Shown: positions 49,697 to 59,689 of the stretch, piece after piece
How the letters are laid out: each line of letters starts with the position of its first letter
Position numbering within the stretch: the first letter of the stretch is position 1
Source of the DNA: an uncultured bacterium
Lineage (GTDB): Bacteria > Patescibacteriota > Kazan-3B-28
Direction of reading: 5' to 3'
NCBI GenBank assembly: GCA_963695435.1
Contig: OY968788.1
Span: 349,456-413,455, forward strand
DNA length: 64,000 bases
Made by a program: the position numbers and the translations under genes
The notes under the pieces: generated by a model
The model's database searches: none
What the model saw: only the letters and a program-made list of their open reading frames with translations
What the model was told of the DNA's origin: nothing

Positions 49697-50134
49697 ATGG
49701 CTAAGACCAGAGCAGATTTTGCTGATTTCGATAACCCCGACACCATTATTGGTCGAGGGGTTCGGGTAGAGGGCAGTCTTCAGACTGCTGGCGATATTCA
49801 AATTAACGGAGAGTTCAAAGGCAAGCTCCTGACAGAAGCTGATGTTGTCGTAGGCGAACACGCAGTAGTTGATGCCGATATCAACGGACAAAATGTCTAT
49901 GTATCGGGTGAGGTGAAAGGCGACATCAATGCATTTGAAAAAATCCAAATCTTAGAAACAGGCAAGGTTGACGGCAATGTCACCTCTGCCGCTCTTTCAA
50001 TTGAATCTGGTGGAATTCTGAAGGGTACCAGCACGATGCACGAGATTGAAGCGGAACGGCCTGAAACCGAGCCGACTTATGAAGTACAGGAAGCTAAGCC
50101 CGAGGAGACTTCCGATTCAGATACTTCCGCCTAA
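49697..50134 (+). CDS. Bactofilin (polymer-forming cytoskeletal protein)
   Basis: TIIG.G..VEG.L....I.I.G.F.G beta-helix repeats, L.IE.GG.L.G. Confidence 0.92.
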   Translation: MAKTRADFADFDNPDTIIGRGVRVEGSLQTAGDIQINGEFKGKLLTEADVVVGEHAVVDADINGQNVYVSGEVKGDINAFEKIQILETGKVDGNVTSAALSIESGGILKGTSTMHEIEAERPETEPTYEVQEAKPEETSDSDTSA

Positions 50135-50140
50135 AAGCTT

Positions 50141-50944
50141 ATGTATCTACTTCTCGCCAATCCAGAAGCCGGTGGCAAGCGTTTTCAGAAAATAAAACCT
50201 CAACTGATTGATTACCTTAATCGAGTCGGGGTAAAGTTTGATTTGGTAGAGCTCACTAATTTGGTGGATGCGGGAGAAGTTATGGAACAGCACATCCAAA
50301 ACGCTACTCGCGGCGTCATCGCGGTTGGTGGCAACGCAACAGTAAACACTGTTATCAACTCGATGGCAGACGAGGGAATGCCGTTTGGTATTATCCCGAT
50401 TGGAAAAACTAACTACCTCGCTCACAGTCTTGGGATAAAAGGCTGGCGTAATGCGGTCAAATTGCTGGCTGAGCCAGATAAAAAAGCTCAACGCTTAGGG
50501 AAAATCGGCAAACATTATTTTGTTGGGAAAATCGAAATATTGGGAAGCCACAACTTGCTGGCGAAATATTTGCGGGGAGAGGGATTCTTGAAAAAGTTTC
50601 TGGGTTCATCCAAGCCCACCTCCCAGCGAACCGCAGGCGTCAATACGACGATCACCTTTGACGATTGTGTAAAGGCAGCCGCCGTTGCGCAAAAAATTAC
50701 CGTCAAGCTGAATGACGAAAAAGGCGGTAAAAAATTATTGATGGAGATAACTTCTGATGACCCGAAAAACCCGACCCGTCTTTGGATGGATGAAATGGAA
50801 ATTGAAGGCGACAAAAAAATGCCAGTATTGATGGGCAACGAAACGGTGGCGCACACGCCCGTGGAAATAAAGGGTTGTCCAAAATATATCGAGCTGTTGG
50901 TCCCCAAAGCCCCAAGCAAATTGACCAAGAACCATAAGAAATGA
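50141..50944 (+). CDS. Diacylglycerol kinase-like (YegS/DAGK) protein, degenerate
   Basis: NPEAG, AVGGNATVN.VIN, GIIP.G.TN.LA..LGI. Confidence 0.75.
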   Translation: MYLLLANPEAGGKRFQKIKPQLIDYLNRVGVKFDLVELTNLVDAGEVMEQHIQNATRGVIAVGGNATVNTVINSMADEGMPFGIIPIGKTNYLAHSLGIKGWRNAVKLLAEPDKKAQRLGKIGKHYFVGKIEILGSHNLLAKYLRGEGFLKKFLGSSKPTSQRTAGVNTTITFDDCVKAAAVAQKITVKLNDEKGGKKLLMEITSDDPKNPTRLWMDEMEIEGDKKMPVLMGNETVAHTPVEIKGCPKYIELLVPKAPSKLTKNHKK

Positions 50945-50959
50945 TAGTTTGAGGATAGC

Positions 50960-51484
50960 TTGAGTAGACCAACTCCACCACCACGAATCCGCGCTAATCA
51001 CATGATCCGAGCATCTCGGCTATTTGTGATTGACGCAGAGGGGCAGCCTCATGGTGAAATGTCCCTGCAGGACGCAATGAAGTTGGCGGAAGCGTCCGAA
51101 ATGGACTTGGTAGAGGTATCTCCCAATGCCAATCCGCCCGTAGCCAAGATTCTGGATTTGGGCAAATACAAGTACGATCTGACCAAGGCTCAACAGCGTC
51201 AGCGCAAGCACCATAAGGAGGTGGTAGTCAAAGAAGTCCGACTAGGGCCTACTATTGGCGACCACGATTTAGGGGTAAAAATCAAGCAGGCAGAGAAGTT
51301 TTTGGGGCTGGGCTATAAGGTGAAGGCCTCGGTAGTGTTCCGTGGTCGGCAGATGGCCCATATGGAGCTCGGTCATGATGTTTTACAAAAGCTGGTTGAC
51401 AGATTACGGGACAAAGCTAAAATGGAACAAGCTCCTATCCGGCAAGGTCGGAGCATTCATATTGTCATCGCTCCTGTAAAATAG
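50960..51484 (+). CDS. infC: Translation initiation factor IF-3
   Basis: DLVEVSP.A.PPVAKI.D.GKYKY, FRGR; TTG start. Confidence 0.97.
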   Translation: MSRPTPPPRIRANHMIRASRLFVIDAEGQPHGEMSLQDAMKLAEASEMDLVEVSPNANPPVAKILDLGKYKYDLTKAQQRQRKHHKEVVVKEVRLGPTIGDHDLGVKIKQAEKFLGLGYKVKASVVFRGRQMAHMELGHDVLQKLVDRLRDKAKMEQAPIRQGRSIHIVIAPVK

Positions 51485-51575
51485 AGAGTAGAGCGTAGAG
51501 AATAGAGCGTAGGAAGAATTACTTTAGTTTTTGCTCCCTGCCCTCGTCTCTAGTCTCTCATCTCTCATCTCTATC
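51483..51575. repeat. Inverted heptamer array (AGAGnnn)n..(CTCTnnn)n
   Basis: AGAGAGT AGAGCGT AGAGAAT AGAGCGT / CTCTAGT CTCTCAT CTCTCAT CTCTATC. Confidence 0.8.
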
Positions 51576-51580
51576 TTTCT

Positions 51581-51778
51581 ATGCCAAAAATTAAGACTCA
51601 CAAGACAGCTGCTAAGAGATTTAGCGTTACCAAAACGGGCAAAATCGCCCGTCGGAAGACTCGTGGTGCCCATAAACTGACTAACAAGACGCCTAACCAA
51701 AAACGGAGAAGCGCCCAACCGGCACAGGTAGCTGCTTCTGATGTAAGCAGAATAAGACGAATGATCGGTAAAACTTAA
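51581..51778 (+). CDS. rpmI: 50S ribosomal protein L35
   Basis: MPKIKTHK.AAKRF..T.TGK. Confidence 0.97.
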   Translation: MPKIKTHKTAAKRFSVTKTGKIARRKTRGAHKLTNKTPNQKRRSAQPAQVAASDVSRIRRMIGKT

Positions 51779-51781
51779 TTT

Positions 51782-51808
51782 GTCATCCTGAGCATAGCGA
51801 AGGATCTA
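51782..51808 (+). repeat. REP-like GTCAT...GATCTA repeat
   Basis: GTCATCCTGAGCATAGCGAAGGATCTA. Confidence 0.65.
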
Positions 51809-51815
51809 TAAAATT

Positions 51816-52163
51816 ATGGCACGAATCAAACGGGGAAAAGTAGTTCGCAGACGCCACAAGAAGTTGCTTGAAGCAACTAAGGGTTTTCGAGTACTGCGTC
51901 GGACTAACATCAAACGGGCAAAAGAAGCTTTGATAAAAGCATTGTCCTATTCCTACCGTGACCGCAGAAATAAGAAGCGGGAGTTTAGAGCACTCTGGAT
52001 TAACCGCATCAATTCTGCGTTGTCGAATATGAATATCAAATACAGCAAATTCATTCAGGCAATGACTGCAAAAAAGATTGAATTGGATCGAAAGATTTTA
52101 GCTCAACTGGCAGTTCAACATCCTGATGTCTTTGACCGCATCGTAAAAGAAGTGACGAAGTAA
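51816..52163 (+). CDS. rplT: 50S ribosomal protein L20
   Basis: YRDRRNKKREFRALWI.RIN, LDRKILA. Confidence 0.98.
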   Translation: MARIKRGKVVRRRHKKLLEATKGFRVLRRTNIKRAKEALIKALSYSYRDRRNKKREFRALWINRINSALSNMNIKYSKFIQAMTAKKIELDRKILAQLAVQHPDVFDRIVKEVTK

Positions 52164-52169
52164 CACTTT

Positions 52170-52205
52170 GTCATTCTGACTCCGACTGGTCGGGAGAAGA
52201 ATCTA
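52170..52205 (+). repeat. REP-like GTCAT...AATCTA repeat
   Basis: GTCATTCTGACTCCGACTGGTCGGGAGAAGAATCTA. Confidence 0.6.
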
Positions 52206-52311
52206 AACTATAAAATTAAAAAAACCGAGTAGAGATGCTCGGCTTTTTGTTGTCCAAAAATAATTACAGGAGACAAACCAAATCCCCCGTAGATAACTAA
52301 AATTTTCATAT

Positions 52312-54318
52312 CTACAAGCTGATATCTGCTACCAACGGACCTTTGAAAAGTTCTTTGAGGTTGCCAGTGGCAAGCCCCGTAGAAGGAGTTTTGAGCGTGG
52401 AGGTGAAGCTGGTGTTCACCGTGCCCGCTTGTTTTTGTACATAAAGAGAATAGCTCTCCCCCTTTGCCGTATCCAGCATAAATGGAGCCTGATAATCTAA
52501 GGTAATAATTTTAGTTTCGCCGGGATTTGTTGTTACATAAAACCCAAAGAAAGTTTTTTCGTGAGCAGGTTCGGTCACAATTTTTTCCGCCACATCATAG
52601 CCGATAATATTTTTCACCGTCGCACCTTTTGGCAAATACACCCGTACATAATCTTTATTTGTACCATCAGGAGATTTACCGGTGCCAGTGTGAGTGTAGG
52701 TCAGGATTAGTTTTTCGGTAATCTTGCCCGTGGAGCTGATATTCACCTGATGCTGAATGGTGTCAGTAATATTTTTACTGCTTTTTACTCCGCCCATATT
52801 AGCACGGGCAACCATCAGATAATCTTCCTTTGGCGCAGTTTCTTTCAGCTCTCCCGACCAATTCATTTGGGAAAGAATTTTTTGCAAATCTGCGTTGCGA
52901 GTGTAGAGCATAATATTTTTCTTGGTAATTTGTTCCAAGAGTAGCGGGGTCAATTTATTCAAATCATCGCGACTCAAAGACATTATTCTTTGCATCAAAA
53001 TTGGATTCAGTTCAGAGAGAATCGCTTTGGGGTTACTAGTTTTTTCAACCTTTTGGATTTCGCCATATACCACATCCGCAAAATTATCCGCGGTAATAGT
53101 AATGTGTCTTTCCGGTAATTCAATATCCCCAATCACTGTCATGATCGCTGACATAACTTGCGTATTGATAGCGATCACGCCATCAGGCGTCCCGCCGCCG
53201 GATTCTTCGTACAAATTAGAAATATATTTTGCGGAGGCAGGGAAGTCAGGGTCAAAGTTTGCGTTAGGGATTACTTTTTCTCCCGTCTGCGAACCTGCTA
53301 GTTGCCCATCTATGCGGTAAGTGTCGTCCACAAAGAAATCAGTAATTTTACCGCGCTGAAGTTTGAGCATCGCGTAACTTCCCATAAATCCACCTGTTGG
53401 ACGAAGCTCTGTGTCGTTCTGATTCAAAATCAAATACGAGCGGGGATTAGGACTACCAAGAGCTCTTGGTAATTGTTTTGCTATTGTGCCCATCATTGCG
53501 ACTAAATCGTGGAGTGTTGATGCTTTTCCCTGCGCCACAGCAAGCGTCGCAGAATATGCTCCTCCAAGTGCGGATGGCTGAATTGACTGCAACAGATTAT
53601 CTGCTTTGGCGAGTTTCACCAGTGCCTTATCTAGATTCCCAACACTCCCGGAAAGAATCTGCATGGCTTGAGGCAGAAATTCTTCCGTAGTTTGCGCTTC
53701 CTGTATATCGGCAGAATTAGCGGTGTTATCAAAATATTTCATCGCCGGTTCGGCGGTAGCAATCAAAAGTTGTCCGCCTTGGGCAAGATTTAGACCGGCA
53801 TCAATCAATTTTTGTCCCGCAATAATCTGAAAATGTTCACCTCCCAGCCCTGACATATACAAATTAGTTTGTCCAAGCGACAAGATATCTTTTTGGGCGG
53901 AGGCAAATAAATTTTCAGCGGCAATTAGATTTGTTTTTGCTTCTGGTAGGTTTTTCAGTGTAACGGCTTGGGCAGCCGCTTCAACTTTTGCCACACCCCT
54001 ATTTACCGTCGTAATAGTTTCTTGTTTTATTTGTGTAGCGCCTTGATATAGCACTACCCCGCCGGCATACAGCAAGATTCCGGTTACCATCAAGCCGGCT
54101 AATTTCAGCCAAGTCAATCCTGCGTGAGCTACTTCGGCGACAGGTCTCGCCGTAACGGTTGATTCGGCATTTACAAAAGCCAAATCCATAATTTGTCCTT
54201 TGGCTGGAGATCTCAAACTAGACTCCGTTTCATCGGGTCTATCCAGTACCGCTGCCGCGTGGCCGTATGACAGCCGTACTTTGGCCTTTGGTTTTACATT
54301 GTAATATTTATCCGACAT
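52312..54318 (-). CDS. DUF4012 domain membrane-anchored protein
   Basis: YLILNQN..ELRPTGGF.GSY, N.DPDFP.SA, DGVIAI, YVRVYLP.G. Confidence 0.85.
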   Translation of the reverse strand: MSDKYYNVKPKAKVRLSYGHAAAVLDRPDETESSLRSPAKGQIMDLAFVNAESTVTARPVAEVAHAGLTWLKLAGLMVTGILLYAGGVVLYQGATQIKQETITTVNRGVAKVEAAAQAVTLKNLPEAKTNLIAAENLFASAQKDILSLGQTNLYMSGLGGEHFQIIAGQKLIDAGLNLAQGGQLLIATAEPAMKYFDNTANSADIQEAQTTEEFLPQAMQILSGSVGNLDKALVKLAKADNLLQSIQPSALGGAYSATLAVAQGKASTLHDLVAMMGTIAKQLPRALGSPNPRSYLILNQNDTELRPTGGFMGSYAMLKLQRGKITDFFVDDTYRIDGQLAGSQTGEKVIPNANFDPDFPASAKYISNLYEESGGGTPDGVIAINTQVMSAIMTVIGDIELPERHITITADNFADVVYGEIQKVEKTSNPKAILSELNPILMQRIMSLSRDDLNKLTPLLLEQITKKNIMLYTRNADLQKILSQMNWSGELKETAPKEDYLMVARANMGGVKSSKNITDTIQHQVNISSTGKITEKLILTYTHTGTGKSPDGTNKDYVRVYLPKGATVKNIIGYDVAEKIVTEPAHEKTFFGFYVTTNPGETKIITLDYQAPFMLDTAKGESYSLYVQKQAGTVNTSFTSTLKTPSTGLATGNLKELFKGPLVADISL

Positions 54319-55507
54319 GGTGTGACACTGCTTGTTCTAAAACTAATAAAGTCTTTCTGGCAGTGGTTTCCCAATCAAATTCGCGAGCAATCTTTTTTCC
54401 TTTATCAATCATCTCATTCCGCTTGGAAGGATTAGAAAGTAAGTTGCTGATTTCTTTTGCTAGAGCATTGAAATCCGTTGCGTCAATCAGGATACCGGCA
54501 TCTCCCGCTATTTCGGGCAGAGCGGAATTGTTCGCCGTAATCACAGGACATCCACTCGCAAACGCTTCCAATACCATCAACCCAAATCCTTCATAGAACG
54601 AGGGAAAAACGAATACAAAAGCGTGTTGCAGAAAGGCTATTTTTTCTTCTTCGCTTACTCTGCCGGTAAAGATTACTTTTTCTTCTAGCTCGAGCTCTTT
54701 GATAATTTGATAAAGTTCACTGTTTAGCCAACTTTTTCCTCCAGAAACCACCAGCTTAATTGTATCACTCTTATCTGTTTGTAATTGGTGGAGTGCGCGG
54801 ACAATTGTGACCAGATTTTTGCGTGGTTCAACACTCCCAACATAGTAAATATATTGTTCGGGCAATTGCCATTTGTCGCGCATTTGGACAAATACTTTTT
54901 CGTCTGCAGGATTGAAATAATCTTTCCCTACTCCTTCATAAATTACTTTTATCTTACTTGGGTCAGCGTGAAGCAAACGCACCATGTCGCGTTTGGTGCT
55001 TTTTGATACAGCAATTACAGCATCAGATATTTTCGCTTCATATCCATAGCCCATTTGCCACTGCCAGATTCGGGAATCCAGAGTATAAAACTGGGGGAAC
55101 AATAAAAAGATAAGGTCGTGAAAAGTGGTCACTTTGGCGCATTTCGGAGACAGCGGAAGAAGCCGAGGTGAAGGCATCCACATAACATCCAATCCACCGC
55201 AAACAATATCCGCTTTTGGCCAGTTGAGGGGTTTGAAAAAAGCGTGTAGGAGAAAGGGGACATTCGGCCATTTGAGTTTGCGGATTTCGACATTTGGGCT
55301 TTTCAATATTGGGTAAAGGTTCATCAAATCAACCAGATTCTTGTCCTGATCCTTGTACGCCACATAAAACAACACATAAGTATTGTCGTGGTCGATTCGC
55401 ACTAATTCGCTCAATACAGAAATGGTGTATTGCTCAATACCGGAAATCTTTCCGGTAATAAGTGGCCTCAAATCAACCCCAATCCGTAATGTCTTCTTCT
55501 CCTCCAT
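54308..55507 (-). CDS. GT4 family glycosyltransferase
   Basis: GSVEPRKN, PSFYEGFGL..LEA. Confidence 0.93.
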   Translation of the reverse strand: MEEKKTLRIGVDLRPLITGKISGIEQYTISVLSELVRIDHDNTYVLFYVAYKDQDKNLVDLMNLYPILKSPNVEIRKLKWPNVPFLLHAFFKPLNWPKADIVCGGLDVMWMPSPRLLPLSPKCAKVTTFHDLIFLLFPQFYTLDSRIWQWQMGYGYEAKISDAVIAVSKSTKRDMVRLLHADPSKIKVIYEGVGKDYFNPADEKVFVQMRDKWQLPEQYIYYVGSVEPRKNLVTIVRALHQLQTDKSDTIKLVVSGGKSWLNSELYQIIKELELEEKVIFTGRVSEEEKIAFLQHAFVFVFPSFYEGFGLMVLEAFASGCPVITANNSALPEIAGDAGILIDATDFNALAKEISNLLSNPSKRNEMIDKGKKIAREFDWETTARKTLLVLEQAVSHHVG

Positions 55508-55538
55508 ATTTCCTTCTCTCGTCATCCTCTCTTTTTAT

Positions 55539-55564
55539 GTCATTCCCGCGTAGGCGGGAATCCA
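55539..55564 (+). repeat. REP-like GTCAT...AATCCA repeat
   Basis: GTCATTCCCGCGTAGGCGGGAATCCA. Confidence 0.7.
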
Positions 55565-55590
55565 TTTTCTCCCTGTCTTTCACTCATCAC

Positions 55591-56733
55591 TCACAACCCA
55601 TTACTCTCTACCCCCATCTTATCCAAATGCGATTCAACAAATTCCATAATCTTTTGTTTGAAAACAGACAAATCAAATTGTCTGGCGCGCTCCCGACAAA
55701 TTTCAGGAGAAAAACTAGTTTGCTCAAATTTACGAATCGCTTCAGTCAATGAATCGACTGATTGCTCTGAAAATAAAATTCCGGTTTGCCCGTCAATTAC
55801 AGTTTCCAATGCACCGCCATGCGCGTATGCAATAACTGGTTTGCCAGCGGACATTGCTTCCAACGGGACAATTCCAAAATCTTCTTCTTGTGGGAAAATT
55901 ACCGCCTTACATCCCAAAACTACTTTAGTAGTTTCCAAGTCCGAAATTCTGCCCAAAAATTCGACATTTTCTTTTCCTGAAGCCATTTTTTTCAGCTTTT
56001 CCATCTCCGAGCCATCCCCCACTATCTTCAATTTGGCGGGAAGGTTTCTGAATGCTTCCACAACTAAGTCAGTTCGCTTGTAAGGCATTTGGCGACCCAA
56101 AACCAAATAGTAATCCCCCGCTTGTGCCTCGCCCGAAAATCTATTGAAATCAACTGGCGGATTTATCACAGTTGAATCCATGTTGTAATATTTGCGAATG
56201 CGGCTTTGGGTGTGTCGGGAGTTGGCAATAAAGAAATCTACCCTATCCGCCGCCACTCTATCCCACTCACGCAGATTGTGAATCATTGAAGGAATAAAAA
56301 GTTTTGCAATTGGGTCTAAAATCCCAAATTGTTTCGCCTTCAAATATTCGTGATAGTGACTCCAAAAATAACGAGTCGGAGTGTGGCAATAACAAATATG
56401 TAAAGTTGAGGGTTGTGTAAGCACACCCTTTGCTTCAGCAGAGGCGGAGGAAATTACCAAATCATATTCGTCCAAATTCAAACTTTCAAACGCTTTTGGA
56501 CGAAGTGTTGGGAAAAGCTGGTGTTTGAACTTCAACGGCCAGTTTTGTAGGTAAGTCGTAATCACTTTTCGGTTGGCAAGTTCCAGAAAGGCTTCCGCCT
56601 TGTAAACAGAGGCAAAAATATCGGCTTGGGGGAAGATATCTGCCAACGCCAAAATCACCCGCTCGGCTCCCCCTCGATCCGTCAGCCAATCCGCCACAAT
56701 CGCCACTTTTAGTTCTTCTAGCCTTTTTGCCAT
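55591..56733 (-). CDS. GT4 family glycosyltransferase
   Basis: GGAERV, YCHTP.RY, EDFGIVPLEAM. Confidence 0.93.
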   Translation of the reverse strand: MAKRLEELKVAIVADWLTDRGGAERVILALADIFPQADIFASVYKAEAFLELANRKVITTYLQNWPLKFKHQLFPTLRPKAFESLNLDEYDLVISSASAEAKGVLTQPSTLHICYCHTPTRYFWSHYHEYLKAKQFGILDPIAKLFIPSMIHNLREWDRVAADRVDFFIANSRHTQSRIRKYYNMDSTVINPPVDFNRFSGEAQAGDYYLVLGRQMPYKRTDLVVEAFRNLPAKLKIVGDGSEMEKLKKMASGKENVEFLGRISDLETTKVVLGCKAVIFPQEEDFGIVPLEAMSAGKPVIAYAHGGALETVIDGQTGILFSEQSVDSLTEAIRKFEQTSFSPEICRERARQFDLSVFKQKIMEFVESHLDKMGVESNGL

Positions 56734-56777
56734 ATAGGTATTATAACACAGGCAAAATCGCTAAAAATCTGCTCTCA

Positions 56778-56806
56778 TTGACAATTTCTGCCCGTTGACC
56801 TAGTCT
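56778..56806 (+). promoter_or_regulatory. Sigma70 promoter of 56836..57450
   Basis: TTGACA-N17-TAGTCT, then GCACCTTAAAA and AGGAGG. Confidence 0.6.
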
Positions 56807-56835
56807 GAACCCAGCACCTTAAAAGGAGGAAAAAA

Positions 56836-57450
56836 ATGATTCTCGGAATAGTTTTTGTGGTCGTGTTGGCACTTTTCCTTTTGGGAGAGGGAGGAATCTG
56901 GAAGCAGAAAAAAGAGGATCGAGCATCGGCGATATGTTCAGCTTTATGGATAAGTGCAATATTGTCTTTTTTTTGCGCTTGGTTTATCGCAGGACTTTGC
57001 AACTCCAGGCCCGTGAATGAACCTGTCACCGCCAAGAGCTCACTCATAGCAGTACAGGGAGGGCTAGCCAAGAGTGGCAATTTCTCGCTATCGGGAGACA
57101 TTTTCTATGTTTCCGGTAGTGGGCGTTACGGTGATGAGTCCCAGTTCAGTTACTACATCAAAGACCGAGACGGTGGAATTATGCTGGAGACTGTCCCCCG
57201 CTACGCGGACATCAAAGTCTATGAGGACAGCGCTGAACCATATGTCCTGAAGCATTACTTGCATAGGACATATTCTCAAAGACAGCGTTGGGCGTCGTGG
57301 CCGTTGCCCCTGCCCTTGGACGTGGGACCTAAACTGATGGACAAATTAGTGCAAGTCGATCTGCATGTTCCGATTGGTTCCATTAAGCCCGACTTCAATG
57401 TTCGGGTCTACCAGAACACGGTTGCCCAAACCGCTGATTCATCTCCTTGA
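56836..57450 (+). CDS. Hypothetical membrane protein
   Basis: Two N-terminal TM helices, strong SD, own promoter and terminator. Confidence 0.75.
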   Translation: MILGIVFVVVLALFLLGEGGIWKQKKEDRASAICSALWISAILSFFCAWFIAGLCNSRPVNEPVTAKSSLIAVQGGLAKSGNFSLSGDIFYVSGSGRYGDESQFSYYIKDRDGGIMLETVPRYADIKVYEDSAEPYVLKHYLHRTYSQRQRWASWPLPLPLDVGPKLMDKLVQVDLHVPIGSIKPDFNVRVYQNTVAQTADSSP

Positions 57451-57463
57451 ATTTCGCACCCAG

Positions 57464-57490
57464 AAAAAGAGACCCCTTCGGGGTCTCTTT
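57464..57490. terminator. Bidirectional intrinsic terminator
   Basis: AAAAAGAGACCCC-TTCG-GGGTCTCTTT between convergent genes. Confidence 0.8.
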
Positions 57491-57499
57491 AATTTTCAT

Positions 57500-58882
57500 T
57501 TAGTAGCTTCCCTTGCGAGCGAAAACAGCTTTGAAGGTCAGGAACATAATCTTGAAATCGAGCCAGATAGACCAGTGCTCCAGATAATAAACATCCATCT
57601 GAACATAGTCGTCAAACCCCGTGTCGCTTCTGCCAGAAACTTGCCACAATCCTGTCACACCGGGCTTGATGAGTAATCGCCGCTTCGCGGCGTCGCCGTA
57701 CTGCACAACTTCATTGGGAAGAGCAGGACGCGGTCCTACCACACTCATATTGCCGACAAAAACATTGAACAACTGGGGCAATTCATCCAACGAAGTTTTG
57801 CGGATGAATTTTCCTACTTTGGTAATGCGCGGGTCATCTTTCATTTTGAACATCGGGCCACTCGCTTCATTTTTCTCTGCGCGTAATTTTTCCAAAAGTT
57901 CTTCCGCCTTCGCTCCTCCTAACCCCGGACTCAATTCGCTATACATCGAACGGAATTTGTAAAAAGTAAATAATTTACCAAGCTCCCCAACTCTTTTTTG
58001 GGAATAAATTATCGGACCTTTAGAATCGAGTTTGATAGCGATTGCTATCACTAGCATCACAGGAGATAAAACAATAATCCCTAAAATGCTCAAAACAATA
58101 TCAATAAATCTTTTGACGATTCTCCCCCACCCCGAAAGTGATGTTGGGGCAATTTCAATCAGCGGATATCCTGCAATTGTATCGATAGTAATATGAGAGG
58201 TATAAAGACTGGTCAAACTCGGAACATATTGAAGAGTGATTCCGCGGTCTTCGCAGAAACGAACCAGTTTCAACATTTTTTCTTTATCCAGTTCTGCGCC
58301 CAAGATTATCCGATTAAGTTGGGTTTGGGCGAACAGATTTTCTTCATCAAAAAATCCGCTGATGCCAAGCAGTTTTTTGCCCGGCCGGCGGGATTTGATA
58401 TAGTTTCTCAAAACCACCGCAATATTACCCTCGGCAATCAGCCAGACTCCCTCCACACCTGTTCCGTAATACTGCAACCATTGTTTGATGAAGTTGACGA
58501 ATGCTCTGCCCAACGGAACCATCAAAATACTTAGTCCCCAAAAATAAACAACAATTAGACGAGAGAAGAAAGAAGTTTTTACCAAGAATAATCCGATAAT
58601 AAACAGCGCCAAAGCGACCGAAGTTGCGGTGATAACTTTCCCAAATAACTCACCCTGCTTGAGCCCACGGAATTTATACAATCCAAAAATAAAAAATACC
58701 GCCAGCCACAGAAGTGATAGTTCGGCGGTATATTTCGCGTATTCAGGCAAAGGTTGGATGTAAATAACATCCGTAGCCGTCCAACCAATGCGGATGTAAT
58801 AGGCAAATAAGAAAGCGCCCCAGACCATCAAAAAGTCCACGGGCAAAAGAAGTATCGTAAATATCTGATTAAATCTTTTCAT
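57500..58882 (-). CDS. Polyprenyl glycosylphosphotransferase (WcaJ/sugar transferase family)
   Basis: KRFIDI, YKFRSM, DPRITKVG.F.RKTSLDELPQL, KPG.TGLWQVSGR; start 58882 avoids tRNA overlap. Confidence 0.95.
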   Translation of the reverse strand: MKRFNQIFTILLLPVDFLMVWGAFLFAYYIRIGWTATDVIYIQPLPEYAKYTAELSLLWLAVFFIFGLYKFRGLKQGELFGKVITATSVALALFIIGLFLVKTSFFSRLIVVYFWGLSILMVPLGRAFVNFIKQWLQYYGTGVEGVWLIAEGNIAVVLRNYIKSRRPGKKLLGISGFFDEENLFAQTQLNRIILGAELDKEKMLKLVRFCEDRGITLQYVPSLTSLYTSHITIDTIAGYPLIEIAPTSLSGWGRIVKRFIDIVLSILGIIVLSPVMLVIAIAIKLDSKGPIIYSQKRVGELGKLFTFYKFRSMYSELSPGLGGAKAEELLEKLRAEKNEASGPMFKMKDDPRITKVGKFIRKTSLDELPQLFNVFVGNMSVVGPRPALPNEVVQYGDAAKRRLLIKPGVTGLWQVSGRSDTGFDDYVQMDVYYLEHWSIWLDFKIMFLTFKAVFARKGSY

Positions 58883-58915
58883 ATCTGAATCATAGCCCCC
58901 AAGCGGCTTATTATA

Positions 58916-58991
58916 TGGTGGGCGGTAGAGGATTCGAACCTCTGACATTCACAACGTCAATGTGACGCTCTACCAACTGAGCTAACCGCCC
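58916..58991 (-). tRNA. tRNA-Val(GAC)
   Basis: Anticodon loop TTGACGT, CCA. Confidence 0.94.
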
Positions 58992-59020
58992 GTATTTTCA
59001 ACTCCAATAGATTAGCTTTT

Positions 59021-59662
59021 CTACTGGTATTTGCCAAGTACCTCGAGAATGCGGCCGCGGACAGTTTCCAGCGCGTCCTGAAGTTCCTCAATACCGCGGT
59101 TATTGTTAATAATCAAATCCGCTTCTTCTTTCCCCGGCTCGACATATTTATCGTGCATTGGTTGTGCTGAAGTTAGATATTGGTTCAGAGATTCTTCAAA
59201 TGTTCTATCTCGCGTACCAACATCCCGCTCCAATCTGCGAGCCAGACGAATATCGGATTCAACATCAACGAAAATTGTAAGATCTAACAAATCGCGTACT
59301 CGTGGATCAGTCAAAATCAAAATTCCCTCAATAATAATTACTGGCAAAGGCTCGATGTGTTTAGTTTCCGGTTTGCGAGTGTGCTCACCAAAATCATATT
59401 GTGGCATTTCAATCGCCTCGCCTCGCTTTAGCGCGGATAGTTGTTCGACAAACAATTCCTCATCTAGGGCTTTTGGTTCGTCGTAGTTAAGTTCTTTCCG
59501 CTCCTCTAAAGGGATATCATCGTGGCTTTTGTAGTAGTTGTCATGAGACAAAATCAGAATTTTGGTTGGGTCGGCTTTTTGCAGTTCTTGAGCTACATAA
59601 GTTTTGCCCGAGCCGGTACCGCCAGCCACGCCGATAAAAAACGGGGTAATGGTTTTATCCAT
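59021..59662 (-). CDS. udk: Uridine kinase
   Basis: GVAGGTGSGKT, D.YYK, IIEGIL, RL.RRL.RD. Confidence 0.93.
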   Translation of the reverse strand: MDKTITPFFIGVAGGTGSGKTYVAQELQKADPTKILILSHDNYYKSHDDIPLEERKELNYDEPKALDEELFVEQLSALKRGEAIEMPQYDFGEHTRKPETKHIEPLPVIIIEGILILTDPRVRDLLDLTIFVDVESDIRLARRLERDVGTRDRTFEESLNQYLTSAQPMHDKYVEPGKEEADLIINNNRGIEELQDALETVRGRILEVLGKYQ

Positions 59663-59689
59663 ATACCTATTATGCCATATCTTGGATTC

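Noticed and set aside
58883-58948. N-terminal extension of the sugar transferase
   Set aside because: It overlaps tRNA-Val(GAC); ATG 58882 is the more plausible start.
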